Shown here piece after piece: positions 18,457-27,557 of a stretch of DNA of 64,000 nt. Position 1 is the stretch's first letter. Each line of letters opens with the position of its first letter. The position numbers were made by a program, and so were the translations under genes. The notes below the pieces were generated by a model that was not told the origin of the DNA, made no database searches, and saw only the letters and a program-made list of their open reading frames with translations. Origin of the DNA: a virus. Its lineage: Duplodnaviria > Caudoviricetes. The stretch lies in the IMG/VR virus record IMGVR_UViG_3300021375_000006; one strand, written 5' to 3'.

Positions 18457-20127
18457 TTAATCTATACTTTCGATAACAAACTTAGAGAAGCCATTCTCTC
18501 TATATATTTGAATCTTCTTATCAAATATCTCATGGGGTAATACAGAGTGGTTAATTACAAAAGTATTTATCTTATGTTCTTTAATAACTTGATTAAGTAT
18601 CTTTAGGATATTATAGACTCCATCGTGGTCTACAGAAGATAATAACTCATCTAAGAAAAGAAGATTTAATTGTGGAAACCTTAGTTTTAATATTTTAATA
18701 ATAGCAACAATAACAATAAAGTCTGCTTTCTTACGTTCTCCAGTTGAAAGTGTCATTGGATTAATATCTTCACCAAGGTGATTAATAATACAATTAAACT
18801 TTTCATCAAATCTAATATGGAATTGCAGGTGCATGGTTTGAGCCATGGCTGCAATATTAGTATTAAGTCCTGGTAGAATAGTTTTAACTGCTAAATTCTT
18901 AACACCATCTTCACCTAATACTTGTTCTACGATTTCCATAAAGTTGTAGTCACCATTTAACTGGTCTTTACTTGCAGATTTCTCAGCCTCCTTCTCTTCA
19001 AACTCTGTAATAAGTCCTCTTAAGTGATCGAAGTCAGATCCTTCTGGAGTATCTTTTAACTTCATTAATTCAGCCTTAAGACTGCGCATCGTTACTTTAT
19101 TATCTGAGATCTGACCTTCTAAATCTAGTTTAGCAGTTCTAGCCTTTAAAACTTTATCTTGTAGAACATCCATCTCTATTTTAATAGACTTAATATCATT
19201 TGTGCTGGCATCGATCTTTTCAGTAAAAGAATCTTTTTGTTTTACGTGCCAATCAGAAGTTAACTTAGTTTCACAAGTTGGACAATGTCCACTTTCATAT
19301 AACTTTAACTTCTTATTTAGATAATCAATTTCTCTTTTAATATCTCCAGCCTCAGTTCTCTTTTCATTGTATTCTTTATTGAACTTATTCATCGCATCTT
19401 CTTCCTTCGTACGATTAGCTTCAATATCTAATACAGTTTCATGTAGAGTAACTAATTGGTCTTTTAATTCTTGGATCTTAGATTTATTTGCAGTTTTAGA
19501 TTCTGCAAGTAGAGTATTTAATTTACCTTTAACTGATCCAATTGAATTCATTATCTCATTTAACTCAGCATCATAAGCATCAATATCAAATTTAATATCT
19601 CTACGTTCTTCTTTGATTTGCCTTTGCATATCATTAAGAATAGAGAAACCAAACATTCTATCGATAATCTGCTTCTTGTCTTGATTTGACATAGTTAAAA
19701 ATGATTTAAAATCATTTACTGATAGAATAATTATATTTTTAAATACATGATATGGAATACCGAATACTTCGTCTTCTAAATACTCTTGTACAGATTTTTT
19801 ACCTGCTTTATCAAACTCAACTCCATTAATTAAGACGTTAAATCTATTTGGTGCAATACCTCGCTCTATTTCTATAGCCATAGTACCGCATTGTAAACCA
19901 ATCTTTACATGAAGTTCTTTATTAATACGATTAGGTAGGTCTGCTAATTTAACACCTTCTACTTTTCCATATAGAGCATAGATAATAGCATTAGCGATAG
20001 TAGTTTTACCATCACCATTTTTACCTAGAGTTAAAAATAACTCAGATCCGTCTTGCTTAAAATCTATTCGTTGTCTTTGGTTTCCGTATGAAGCAAAGTT
20101 CTTAAACTCAATATAGTCTATTCTCAT
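18457..20127 (-). CDS. Recombination ATPase gp46 (SbcC/Rad50-like)
   Basis: FKNFASYGN, GKNGDGKTT, CPTC zinc hook, LSTGE signature, LFLDE. Confidence 0.95.
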   Translation of the reverse strand: MRIDYIEFKNFASYGNQRQRIDFKQDGSELFLTLGKNGDGKTTIANAIIYALYGKVEGVKLADLPNRINKELHVKIGLQCGTMAIEIERGIAPNRFNVLINGVEFDKAGKKSVQEYLEDEVFGIPYHVFKNIIILSVNDFKSFLTMSNQDKKQIIDRMFGFSILNDMQRQIKEERRDIKFDIDAYDAELNEIMNSIGSVKGKLNTLLAESKTANKSKIQELKDQLVTLHETVLDIEANRTKEEDAMNKFNKEYNEKRTEAGDIKREIDYLNKKLKLYESGHCPTCETKLTSDWHVKQKDSFTEKIDASTNDIKSIKIEMDVLQDKVLKARTAKLDLEGQISDNKVTMRSLKAELMKLKDTPEGSDFDHLRGLITEFEEKEAEKSASKDQLNGDYNFMEIVEQVLGEDGVKNLAVKTILPGLNTNIAAMAQTMHLQFHIRFDEKFNCIINHLGEDINPMTLSTGERKKADFIVIVAIIKILKLRFPQLNLLFLDELLSSVDHDGVYNILKILNQVIKEHKINTFVINHSVLPHEIFDKKIQIYRENGFSKFVIESID

Positions 20128-21242
20128 TATTTGTCGGTGTCATAATTGTAAGCACATTGTGTATACAATTGTTTTAACTTGCTCTTTAGTTTTAGAGCTA
20201 AATCCTCATCTTGTTTCATACCATCAATATACATATTACAAAGATTAAGAATATTGTAATTCTTGTACATCTCTTCAATTTCATTAATGTCATAAAAGTC
20301 TTTATCGATATATGAATCTTCTTCATAAATATTCGGTTCTAACTTTCTAGAAATATGTTGAATCTCATTAACCAGTTTGCTCAATGCATTGGTTGTAGCG
20401 ATTTGCGATGGTACGAATAGATCTACAAAGTTATTTTCTATTTGCTCCTTAAACTTGCCAAGAGGCATATCATATAGCGCTTTAATATTGTATCTTAAAA
20501 ACTTGGGGGAAATATGATTCTCAAAGAAAGTCTCTTCCATTGTTTCTAGATTAACTAGATCAAATCCTTTCGGATTATCTCTATCGGATCTTGTTAATTG
20601 ATATGGTACACCGACCATTAGTAGTTTACCTCTTTCCTGTCTGAAGTGGATATGACCTGAGTAAACTCTTGTATATTTGTCATAGATGTTAGAATCTGTA
20701 CCATGCTCGTTTTTAACTTTAGCATTAAGGTAAATACCTCTAACTTCTGAGTGACAATATACAATATCTGCTTGTGGATAATCTGCTAGAGTTTCTGTTT
20801 CATGTTCTGCATCTCTTCTCCAAGGCATTAATAATACATTCTTACCAGACCAATTTAAAAGTTCTGGCTCTTTGTAAACTTGTACGTTAGGAATCCATTT
20901 TAAACTATCAATTGATGAAATATCATTTGACTTCTTAGCCCAAATATCATGGTTACCGCAGATTACATAACATGGTAGAATCTGACCTAGTCTTTCAAAT
21001 AGATCCACGGCATAGCTTAATACCTTAATATTAATAGATTGTCTATTATCAAAGGTGTCTCCTACTTGTACTAGGACATCACCTGGTTGTACATGCTTCT
21101 TCAAGGTTGGGATAAACATGTTCTCGAAGAAGTCTTTTTGGATATTTAGCCACTCAACCGAGTTTGCTCTTACACCAAAGTGTAAGTCTCCAAGGACCCA
21201 TACTCTTTTGGCTCCTTGTTTAATTACCTTGGGTTCAATCAT
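20127..21242 (-). CDS. Recombination nuclease gp47 (SbcD/Mre11-like)
   Basis: GDLHFG, GDTFDNR, GNHD, SGHIH. Confidence 0.95.
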   Translation of the reverse strand: MIEPKVIKQGAKRVWVLGDLHFGVRANSVEWLNIQKDFFENMFIPTLKKHVQPGDVLVQVGDTFDNRQSINIKVLSYAVDLFERLGQILPCYVICGNHDIWAKKSNDISSIDSLKWIPNVQVYKEPELLNWSGKNVLLMPWRRDAEHETETLADYPQADIVYCHSEVRGIYLNAKVKNEHGTDSNIYDKYTRVYSGHIHFRQERGKLLMVGVPYQLTRSDRDNPKGFDLVNLETMEETFFENHISPKFLRYNIKALYDMPLGKFKEQIENNFVDLFVPSQIATTNALSKLVNEIQHISRKLEPNIYEEDSYIDKDFYDINEIEEMYKNYNILNLCNMYIDGMKQDEDLALKLKSKLKQLYTQCAYNYDTDK

Positions 21243-21677
21243 TTAAAATAACTTTTTAATGTTCTTCTTTTCTAAAATACCTGTTTTTCTATCTAGCTCT
21301 TGAATAAGATCTTCCTTATATACATTTGAAAGTGAACTATAGAATTTTACAGGTCTAATATCAAAGTAAATACACATTTCACTAAAAATATCGATGCGAC
21401 TCCATTTAGCCTGCATCTCACCTATAATATAGCCGTAAACTTCATTAATATCAGTCTTTCTTAGTTTATTACATTTACCTAGTTCGTCTACCTCATTAAA
21501 AATTTTAAATCTAGAAACTGTAATTAGCTCATGGATCGTACGAGCTATCATCTCGTAATGAATCTTTTCCTCTTCGTCTAGATCTTCTCTTAATGACGGA
21601 TCCAAATCAAAACTAATATTACTTAGTTCAAATTCTGGTGTGTCAAAACTGTTATTAAAAATTTTATCATTTGCCAT
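21243..21677 (-). CDS. Hypothetical protein
   Basis: 144 aa ORF tightly packed in the operon. Confidence 0.75.
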   Translation of the reverse strand: MANDKIFNNSFDTPEFELSNISFDLDPSLREDLDEEEKIHYEMIARTIHELITVSRFKIFNEVDELGKCNKLRKTDINEVYGYIIGEMQAKWSRIDIFSEMCIYFDIRPVKFYSSLSNVYKEDLIQELDRKTGILEKKNIKKLF

Positions 21678-21694
21678 ATTTAATTTTGTTTATT

Positions 21695-23011
21695 TTAAAT
21701 GCTATGAATGCTAGAAGTACTAATATCTTCTGTTTCTATTAATCGCATAAAGTTATAGTCAACATTCAACTTACATTTATTTCCTTTACCCTCACCATCT
21801 CTAATCTTAAGTACCTTTAACCAATACTCTTGGTTAGCACGCATTAAGTCGTCTTGAATAATACCAAGCATTACGTCAGCTGTATGTGAAAGACCTGCAG
21901 ATTCTGCAACGTCTGACATGGAAATATCTGAAGAATTATAGCCGTTTCTGTTTATTTGAGTTGCTGTGACGATCAACCAATTGTTACGAATACCCATAGC
22001 ACGAAGGTCTTCTGCAATTTGCTTGATCTTCATATATGTATTCTCCGTATTTTGGTTACGATAATTGGCTAAGATGTTGATATAGTCAATTACAACTGCG
22101 CCGACTTTAATCTGTAACTCCTCTTCTATTTGTGCAACGTAAGCTTCAATATCTAAGACTGTCGCCTGAGATGTTGGGAATTGTTTTACATAAAGATTTC
22201 CAGGTGGAGTAAATCCATCTCCAACCGTTTCTAATCTTCTTTTAATGTGGTCTCTATTTTTTGCCTTCTCAGCATAATCATTAATATTAATATTAAGAAG
22301 GTTCGAGCCAATTCTTTTTACAAATTTATGGGCTGCCATTTCCGCAGTAATTACTACGGTATTAGTTCCCATCTTGACAAAGTTAGCTGCGTCATTTGCT
22401 AAGTAAATAGATTTACCAATATTCTGTTCACCAGCATAAACTACAAGGTTACCGCCTTTGTCATAACCACCGCCTAACATTCTGTCTAAGAAATTGTAAC
22501 CTGTACTAACTTTCTCAGACTCTTTCTGGTCGTGTGCATCAAAATCAAAGAAGTTAAGACCAAGATCAGAATTAAATGTTAAGTTATTTCTATCGTTAAT
22601 TAAACCTTTTACTTTGGTTACGATAGCTTCTACGTTTTCTGGATTAACATCAGTGGTTTTAATATACTCAATTGTATCTGTCAATGAGTTATTAAATGTT
22701 CTCCACTTAATCCAAGCTTCTGCAGTATTAGTTAGCCACTCCTCATCGTATTTGTCTAGATCAACATCAAAGATCATATCTAAGATACCATCTGAAACTC
22801 TCTCCTTAGACTTAGGATGATTTTGAACTAATAACTTTAAATTCTCTCTAGTTGGCGTCTCATTAAATTTAGCATAGAACTTATTAGCTAAAAAACTTAA
22901 GGCATCAATCTCTTCTGAAGTGTAGAAGTTAAATTTAATTGCCTGTAAGTATTTTGGCTTCTCTAATGAGATTCTAAAGAATATTTTTTCAAAGTCTTGT
23001 CCGAACTGCAT
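21695..23011 (-). CDS. Replicative DnaB-like helicase (gp41-like)
   Basis: AGEQNIGKS, ITAEM, VIDYINI, TATQINR, AESAGLSHTAD. Confidence 0.95.
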   Translation of the reverse strand: MQFGQDFEKIFFRISLEKPKYLQAIKFNFYTSEEIDALSFLANKFYAKFNETPTRENLKLLVQNHPKSKERVSDGILDMIFDVDLDKYDEEWLTNTAEAWIKWRTFNNSLTDTIEYIKTTDVNPENVEAIVTKVKGLINDRNNLTFNSDLGLNFFDFDAHDQKESEKVSTGYNFLDRMLGGGYDKGGNLVVYAGEQNIGKSIYLANDAANFVKMGTNTVVITAEMAAHKFVKRIGSNLLNININDYAEKAKNRDHIKRRLETVGDGFTPPGNLYVKQFPTSQATVLDIEAYVAQIEEELQIKVGAVVIDYINILANYRNQNTENTYMKIKQIAEDLRAMGIRNNWLIVTATQINRNGYNSSDISMSDVAESAGLSHTADVMLGIIQDDLMRANQEYWLKVLKIRDGEGKGNKCKLNVDYNFMRLIETEDISTSSIHSI

Positions 23012-23025
23012 ATTATTGTTTTTAC

Positions 23026-23604
23026 TTATTCTATGATTAATTCACCTATTTGTTTAGAATATGGTTCCTTTTCCCATAGATTAATTGCTATTGCCTTTCT
23101 AGTACCGCGTGTAACTTGCTGGACTGTGTGTGGATCTTGTCCAGCTTGAAATATGATAAATCTATTAGGTCTTGCTTTGATGATCTCTGGGGTTGATTCT
23201 TGGCCATCTGCATATATAGCTAATTCACCGCCATCAAAATCTTGTCCTGCTGGATAATATACACTACCTATTAATGGACTAACCACCTCTCCTTTTTTTT
23301 GCCACCACGCTTCATCTTTATCAAAATGGATTGGTAGATTATTAATATAACCGTCGTTTAGATTATCTGCAGACTGGTGTCCAGTCCAATATTCAAAACC
23401 GTCTATATTAAATTGCTGGTTAATAGGACAATGGTCTCCCCATACATATTGAATTATACGTTGAGTTGTATTTTTAGCCGGAGTATTCCACCAGCCGCCA
23501 TACCATTTGTATGCGCCAGGATCTTTAAAGATCTGACTATAATTCTGTTCTATTTCTTTTAAAAGAGCTGCGTCTTTAATAAAATTGTCAAATACTGCTA
23601 TCAT
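23026..23604 (-). CDS. 2OG-Fe(II) oxygenase (prolyl-hydroxylase-like)
   Basis: HFD...GGEL...NRFIIF...H...R: HxD...H facial triad plus Arg. Confidence 0.85.
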   Translation of the reverse strand: MIAVFDNFIKDAALLKEIEQNYSQIFKDPGAYKWYGGWWNTPAKNTTQRIIQYVWGDHCPINQQFNIDGFEYWTGHQSADNLNDGYINNLPIHFDKDEAWWQKKGEVVSPLIGSVYYPAGQDFDGGELAIYADGQESTPEIIKARPNRFIIFQAGQDPHTVQQVTRGTRKAIAINLWEKEPYSKQIGELIIE

Positions 23605-23903
23605 AATTCAAATGGGTTTATTATTATTTTAAAGGCCTCTTTACCGGGGTCTTCGTTCGTTTGTTCGCATAAACCCAAAGTTACTAATTCTTTTGCAGAT
23701 TCTAAAATTTTATCTGGATCTGATTCTGGGAATCTATAAGTTTTTAATGCGTGGTAGGTAAAGCTACCTTTATATCTGTCAGGATTTCTATTGCAGAGTT
23801 TTACTTCAGCTTGTAAAATATCTAGCGCCGTAGGATAATCTGGTAAATCTTTTTCTATCCCTAGGATATACTTGATCGGCAGTTTATCTTTATTCAACTT
23901 CAT
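23601..23903 (-). CDS. Hypothetical protein
   Basis: 100 aa ORF overlapping both neighbours. Confidence 0.7.
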   Translation of the reverse strand: MKLNKDKLPIKYILGIEKDLPDYPTALDILQAEVKLCNRNPDRYKGSFTYHALKTYRFPESDPDKILESAKELVTLGLCEQTNEDPGKEAFKIIINPFEL

Positions 23904-25005
23904 TCTCTGCTTCTAGTAACTCGTCTACGTTTAGCTCTCTGTGTTCAGTGCTATAATTGAATATTGGCTGAATCTTCTTTTCAATCTTTTGTAGAATCTC
24001 TTCTGTAAATACTTTGCTAGTAAAGAATTCTGTATTAGGAACTGCTTCGTCTAGGTGTTTACAAATCCAACCCCTTGCCGTAGCCTTAGGTGTTTTAACT
24101 CCCTTTTCAATACTACCTTTTGCAATACCTATTTCTTCCCAATCAATATATTGTTCTAAGCCAACATATCTGTTCATACCTTCGGTAAAATGTAAGTGGA
24201 ACTTAATTGGATGTGGTTTTGCAAATCTATTTTTATTTGGTTTTGCAGTTACAATAATACCAGTCTTTTCACCACCCTCTTTAAGTTGTGCTTTACCTAA
24301 GAATAAAACTATTGAAGCTGCATATTCTGGTCCAGTACCACCACCTGCTACCGTTTGTGAAATAAACGATTGCGTTTGGTATGTGTGATTAGTAAAGATG
24401 AATGGTATTTTAAGATCTGCTAAAGGTGTCATGATAATTCTAAAGATAGACTTTAAGATTTTAGATCTAGTCATATCTGATTTTTCAGAGCCTGATTTAG
24501 CATCTTCAATTTCTTTTGCAGTTGCTAAGTTACCAGCTGAATCTAAGATAATCATTACTTTAGGAGTTTCACCACCAGCTCTTTTTACCTCTTGCATTTT
24601 AGAAGTAATCGTAGTTACTGATTGGCGAAAATCTTGTACTGTATTACATGGTTGGTAATTAACTTTATTAGTATCAATACCAAACTTCTTCATTAGCTCT
24701 CTATCAACTGCTGCTTCTGAATCATAGAAAATAACACTATAACCCATATCAATTGCTCTTGCAATAGAGTTTAAGATTAAATATGTTTTACCAGTTCCTG
24801 AAGGACCTGCAATCGAACATGATCTATTGTTAGGCCATCCACCAAATAATGAACCACTAACACATGCGTTTAAATGATAATTACCAGTATCGATCCATTC
24901 TGTAACTTCACTAAAGCTAGAATGTTCCATAACTGAACCTAGCGGATTAATATCTGCTAATTCTTTATTAATGTCATCAAAACTAAATGATTTCTTTTTT
25001 GCCAT
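23890..25005 (-). CDS. uvsX: RecA-like recombinase UvsX
   Basis: DTGNYHLN, AGPSGTGKT, FYDSEAA, ILDSAGNL, FTNHTY, GGGTGPEYAAS. Confidence 0.93.
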   Translation of the reverse strand: MAKKKSFSFDDINKELADINPLGSVMEHSSFSEVTEWIDTGNYHLNACVSGSLFGGWPNNRSCSIAGPSGTGKTYLILNSIARAIDMGYSVIFYDSEAAVDRELMKKFGIDTNKVNYQPCNTVQDFRQSVTTITSKMQEVKRAGGETPKVMIILDSAGNLATAKEIEDAKSGSEKSDMTRSKILKSIFRIIMTPLADLKIPFIFTNHTYQTQSFISQTVAGGGTGPEYAASIVLFLGKAQLKEGGEKTGIIVTAKPNKNRFAKPHPIKFHLHFTEGMNRYVGLEQYIDWEEIGIAKGSIEKGVKTPKATARGWICKHLDEAVPNTEFFTSKVFTEEILQKIEKKIQPIFNYSTEHRELNVDELLEAENEVE

Positions 25006-25049
25006 TATATTCTTTTTGTTTATTGTTATATGTGGAAAGACTAAATTGT

Positions 25050-25250
25050 TTAGAGTACGTTATCTTCTCCAAACTCAGCTTTTTCTTTTGCTCTAAGTTT
25101 TTCCAATTCTTCTAAGTAGTATTTAGCCTTTCCGCTTAATACTCTAATTTGATCTTGGACATCAGCAAGTCCATGTAAGATTCTTTGATATTCTCTTACA
25201 TATTCTTGTTGATCTTCTGGTAAGTCTTCTATGTTAATCTTGCTGTCCAT
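25050..25250 (-). CDS. Small coiled-coil hypothetical protein
   Basis: 66 aa ORF, translationally coupled to its neighbour. Confidence 0.65.
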   Translation of the reverse strand: MDSKINIEDLPEDQQEYVREYQRILHGLADVQDQIRVLSGKAKYYLEELEKLRAKEKAEFGEDNVL

Positions 25251-25459
25251 TAGTCCTCTGCTCTCCTCGCCACCTTATCAATATCTGTATCTTCTATTAT
25301 TTCCTCATCTGGAAATTCTATCTTTAATTGATTAGGATTGGCTTGAGTTTTTTTCTGTGCCCAGTAGAACTCTCTTACTTTTTCACCTAATTCCATATCA
25401 TTAGGGTGTTGTTCTGCTAAAGCCATGATTTGTCTAAATTTGTGATATGTTCCGTCCAT
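25250..25459 (-). CDS. Small hypothetical protein
   Basis: 69 aa ORF. Confidence 0.65.
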   Translation of the reverse strand: MDGTYHKFRQIMALAEQHPNDMELGEKVREFYWAQKKTQANPNQLKIEFPDEEIIEDTDIDKVARRAED

Positions 25460-25463
25460 AATT

Positions 25464-26672
25464 TTAAAATAATGCTGATGCGTAGATCAGGTTAGTGTCT
25501 AATGTTTGTAGTCCAATTGCTTTTAATACTCTATTAAGTGGATCTATCATACATTTTTCAAATTGTGTATCAAAATCAACTTGTGGTGCAATCTCATAAG
25601 GATGTTCACCGGGTAGATATGCATAAACTTCTGAGATTGGTGTTTTACAGTTGTAAATTTTTAACTTCTCACCATTACCAATTACTTTATACTTATTCTT
25701 ATATTTTTGATTTTGATTTAAAATATAATTATAGTAGCCAGCTGCTTTTACGTTAGCTGGACATTTTAGTCCTACTTGAAATTCAATTTGATCGTCGACA
25801 ATATACTTTTCAATATTATTAGTTCTACGATTAAATGAAATGTCATCGACATCTGCTAGTTGAAATTCTTTTTTAGATGCTTTCATAAATGCAACTAATT
25901 CTTGTAATTCTTCAGCACCGGGGGTTTTTTGTGATTTAAACAAAATCCTAAGTGCTTCTACTAATTTCTCTCTAGCAAATTTTGGAGTTGAGGATTGAAT
26001 AGTATCAAATCCAATAGTCTTTACTTTCTTTAGGGACTTATGTCTATCAGTAACTTCTAGCTTATCATCCCATGCAATGTTTTGAATATACTTTTTCTTA
26101 GACATCCAAATACCATTATATGCTAAAGATTCTAGTTCAAAGAATAAGAAGTTATCTGTGTTTCTAGTATCAGCATACTTCTTCATACATGCTGTAATAT
26201 AATCCTTAAGTCTAAATGCGTAGAATGCTAAGATAAACTCATCAATTGGTAGAGCTTTAGCGTCATCATTCCAAACAATAGTTTCATATAGATCTTGAAA
26301 CTGTACGTAACAAGAATCTGTATCAATATAGATTACTGCAGGCTTTTCAACTTTACCTTTTACTGTTAAGCCGAATTGCTCATGTACTTTAGTATCTTTA
26401 TGCCAAAACTCTTGACAATACTTATTTAAGATAGACTCAGAGTAGAGGATAGCATTTTTACCCTGTTTTGTAATAGACTCTGCAATATCTATATTAAAAA
26501 AGTGAAACCATTTGTTACCGAATGCACCGTAGATAGAGTTAAGAGTTAATTTTACTGCTTGTTCATAGGCAGTATATTTAGCAGACATCTGCTTGTAGTG
26601 GTCTACAAGCAGCCCTGCATCTTCTCTACTAAGTTGATCGATAGGTTTCTCAGTGAGTTTTGTTATATCCAT
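25464..26672 (-). CDS. Family B DNA polymerase, C-terminal part (gp43B: motif B, motif C, thumb)
   Basis: QAVKLTLNSIYGAFGN (motif B), YIDTDS (motif C), KKKY. Confidence 0.93.
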   Translation of the reverse strand: MDITKLTEKPIDQLSREDAGLLVDHYKQMSAKYTAYEQAVKLTLNSIYGAFGNKWFHFFNIDIAESITKQGKNAILYSESILNKYCQEFWHKDTKVHEQFGLTVKGKVEKPAVIYIDTDSCYVQFQDLYETIVWNDDAKALPIDEFILAFYAFRLKDYITACMKKYADTRNTDNFLFFELESLAYNGIWMSKKKYIQNIAWDDKLEVTDRHKSLKKVKTIGFDTIQSSTPKFAREKLVEALRILFKSQKTPGAEELQELVAFMKASKKEFQLADVDDISFNRRTNNIEKYIVDDQIEFQVGLKCPANVKAAGYYNYILNQNQKYKNKYKVIGNGEKLKIYNCKTPISEVYAYLPGEHPYEIAPQVDFDTQFEKCMIDPLNRVLKAIGLQTLDTNLIYASALF

Positions 26673-26673
26673 A

Positions 26674-27417
26674 TTAAGCCGTTTGGCAAGTAGATACTGT
26701 TAATAGTGTGTTTGATTCTGTAGATTGGAATACTAGCTTAGAGTCAGTAACGTGTACTTTTTGTTCTTCTCTATCTAATAGGTTTAAGTACTTTTTGTAA
26801 ACTGTTACTGTACCTTCTCCATTAGATTCTGGATTAATTACTGCATTAAATGATTTACCATTTACAGCAACACCTTTACCATTTGCCTTTACGCTAAATG
26901 TTTCTTCACTATCAAGTCCAAATAAGTTCTTTACTTTATTAATAGTATGTGTATCGATATTAAAGCTAAATTTAGTATTATCTACTGCGAAGATAGCGTC
27001 TTGTTGTGCTGGAGTTAAGTCTTTAAAACCTAATGAAGGTTCTGAACAAGCAAGAGTAATTTCTAATTCATCATTGTACATTCTTAAAGATGATGCGATT
27101 AACTCGCCCTCTTGTTCAATAAATTCTAACTCACCTTTAATAGCATCGCTTTCAAAGTGTTTAATAGCATCAATTACTTTTGAACCTTCAAAGAAGGCAA
27201 CTTTCATTTCTGCATCTGTGTCTGGCCATTCGCTTACTTGGAAAATCTTATCACAGGCTACAGAATGTGATTTTACTGCATCTCGTTGTGGAAGATAAAC
27301 CGCTGAGTGGATTTGGCCGTTTTGGATTTTCATATAGACAAAAGAGTCTATAAGCTTTACTCGGTTGATAAACCCAGTTAAAGCGTGTTGGTCAATTCGA
27401 TCAATTTGTAGTTTCAT
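26674..27417 (-). CDS. Probable DNA sliding clamp (gp45/PCNA-like)
   Basis: 247 aa with a two-domain alternating strand/helix pattern, adjacent to the polymerase; inferred from size and context. Confidence 0.55.
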   Translation of the reverse strand: MKLQIDRIDQHALTGFINRVKLIDSFVYMKIQNGQIHSAVYLPQRDAVKSHSVACDKIFQVSEWPDTDAEMKVAFFEGSKVIDAIKHFESDAIKGELEFIEQEGELIASSLRMYNDELEITLACSEPSLGFKDLTPAQQDAIFAVDNTKFSFNIDTHTINKVKNLFGLDSEETFSVKANGKGVAVNGKSFNAVINPESNGEGTVTVYKKYLNLLDREEQKVHVTDSKLVFQSTESNTLLTVSTCQTA

Positions 27418-27477
27418 CTAAATATATTTTTTGTTTGATTATTATACTGGTAAGTAACTAGTTGTTTCATAAAAGTT

Positions 27478-27553
27478 GAGGCCGGAGAGTAGCGAACTTC
27501 CGGCCTCTTAATCCGAGAACTATCCCGGTCCTAAGACGTGGTCTTCAAACCAC
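27478..27553 (-). ncRNA. Putative structured RNA / terminator array after nrdA
   Basis: Four consecutive hairpins in a GC-rich 76 nt island. The last is a 9-bp GAGGCCGGA/TCCGGCCTC stem followed by AACTTTT. Confidence 0.45.
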
Positions 27554-27557
27554 ACCT

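Noticed and set aside
27478-27553. tRNA gene or twister ribozyme (GTTCG loop on -, GGTCCTAAG on +)
   Set aside because: No cloverleaf, anticodon arm or CCA; the pseudoknot partners required for twister are absent. Kept only as an unassigned structured element.
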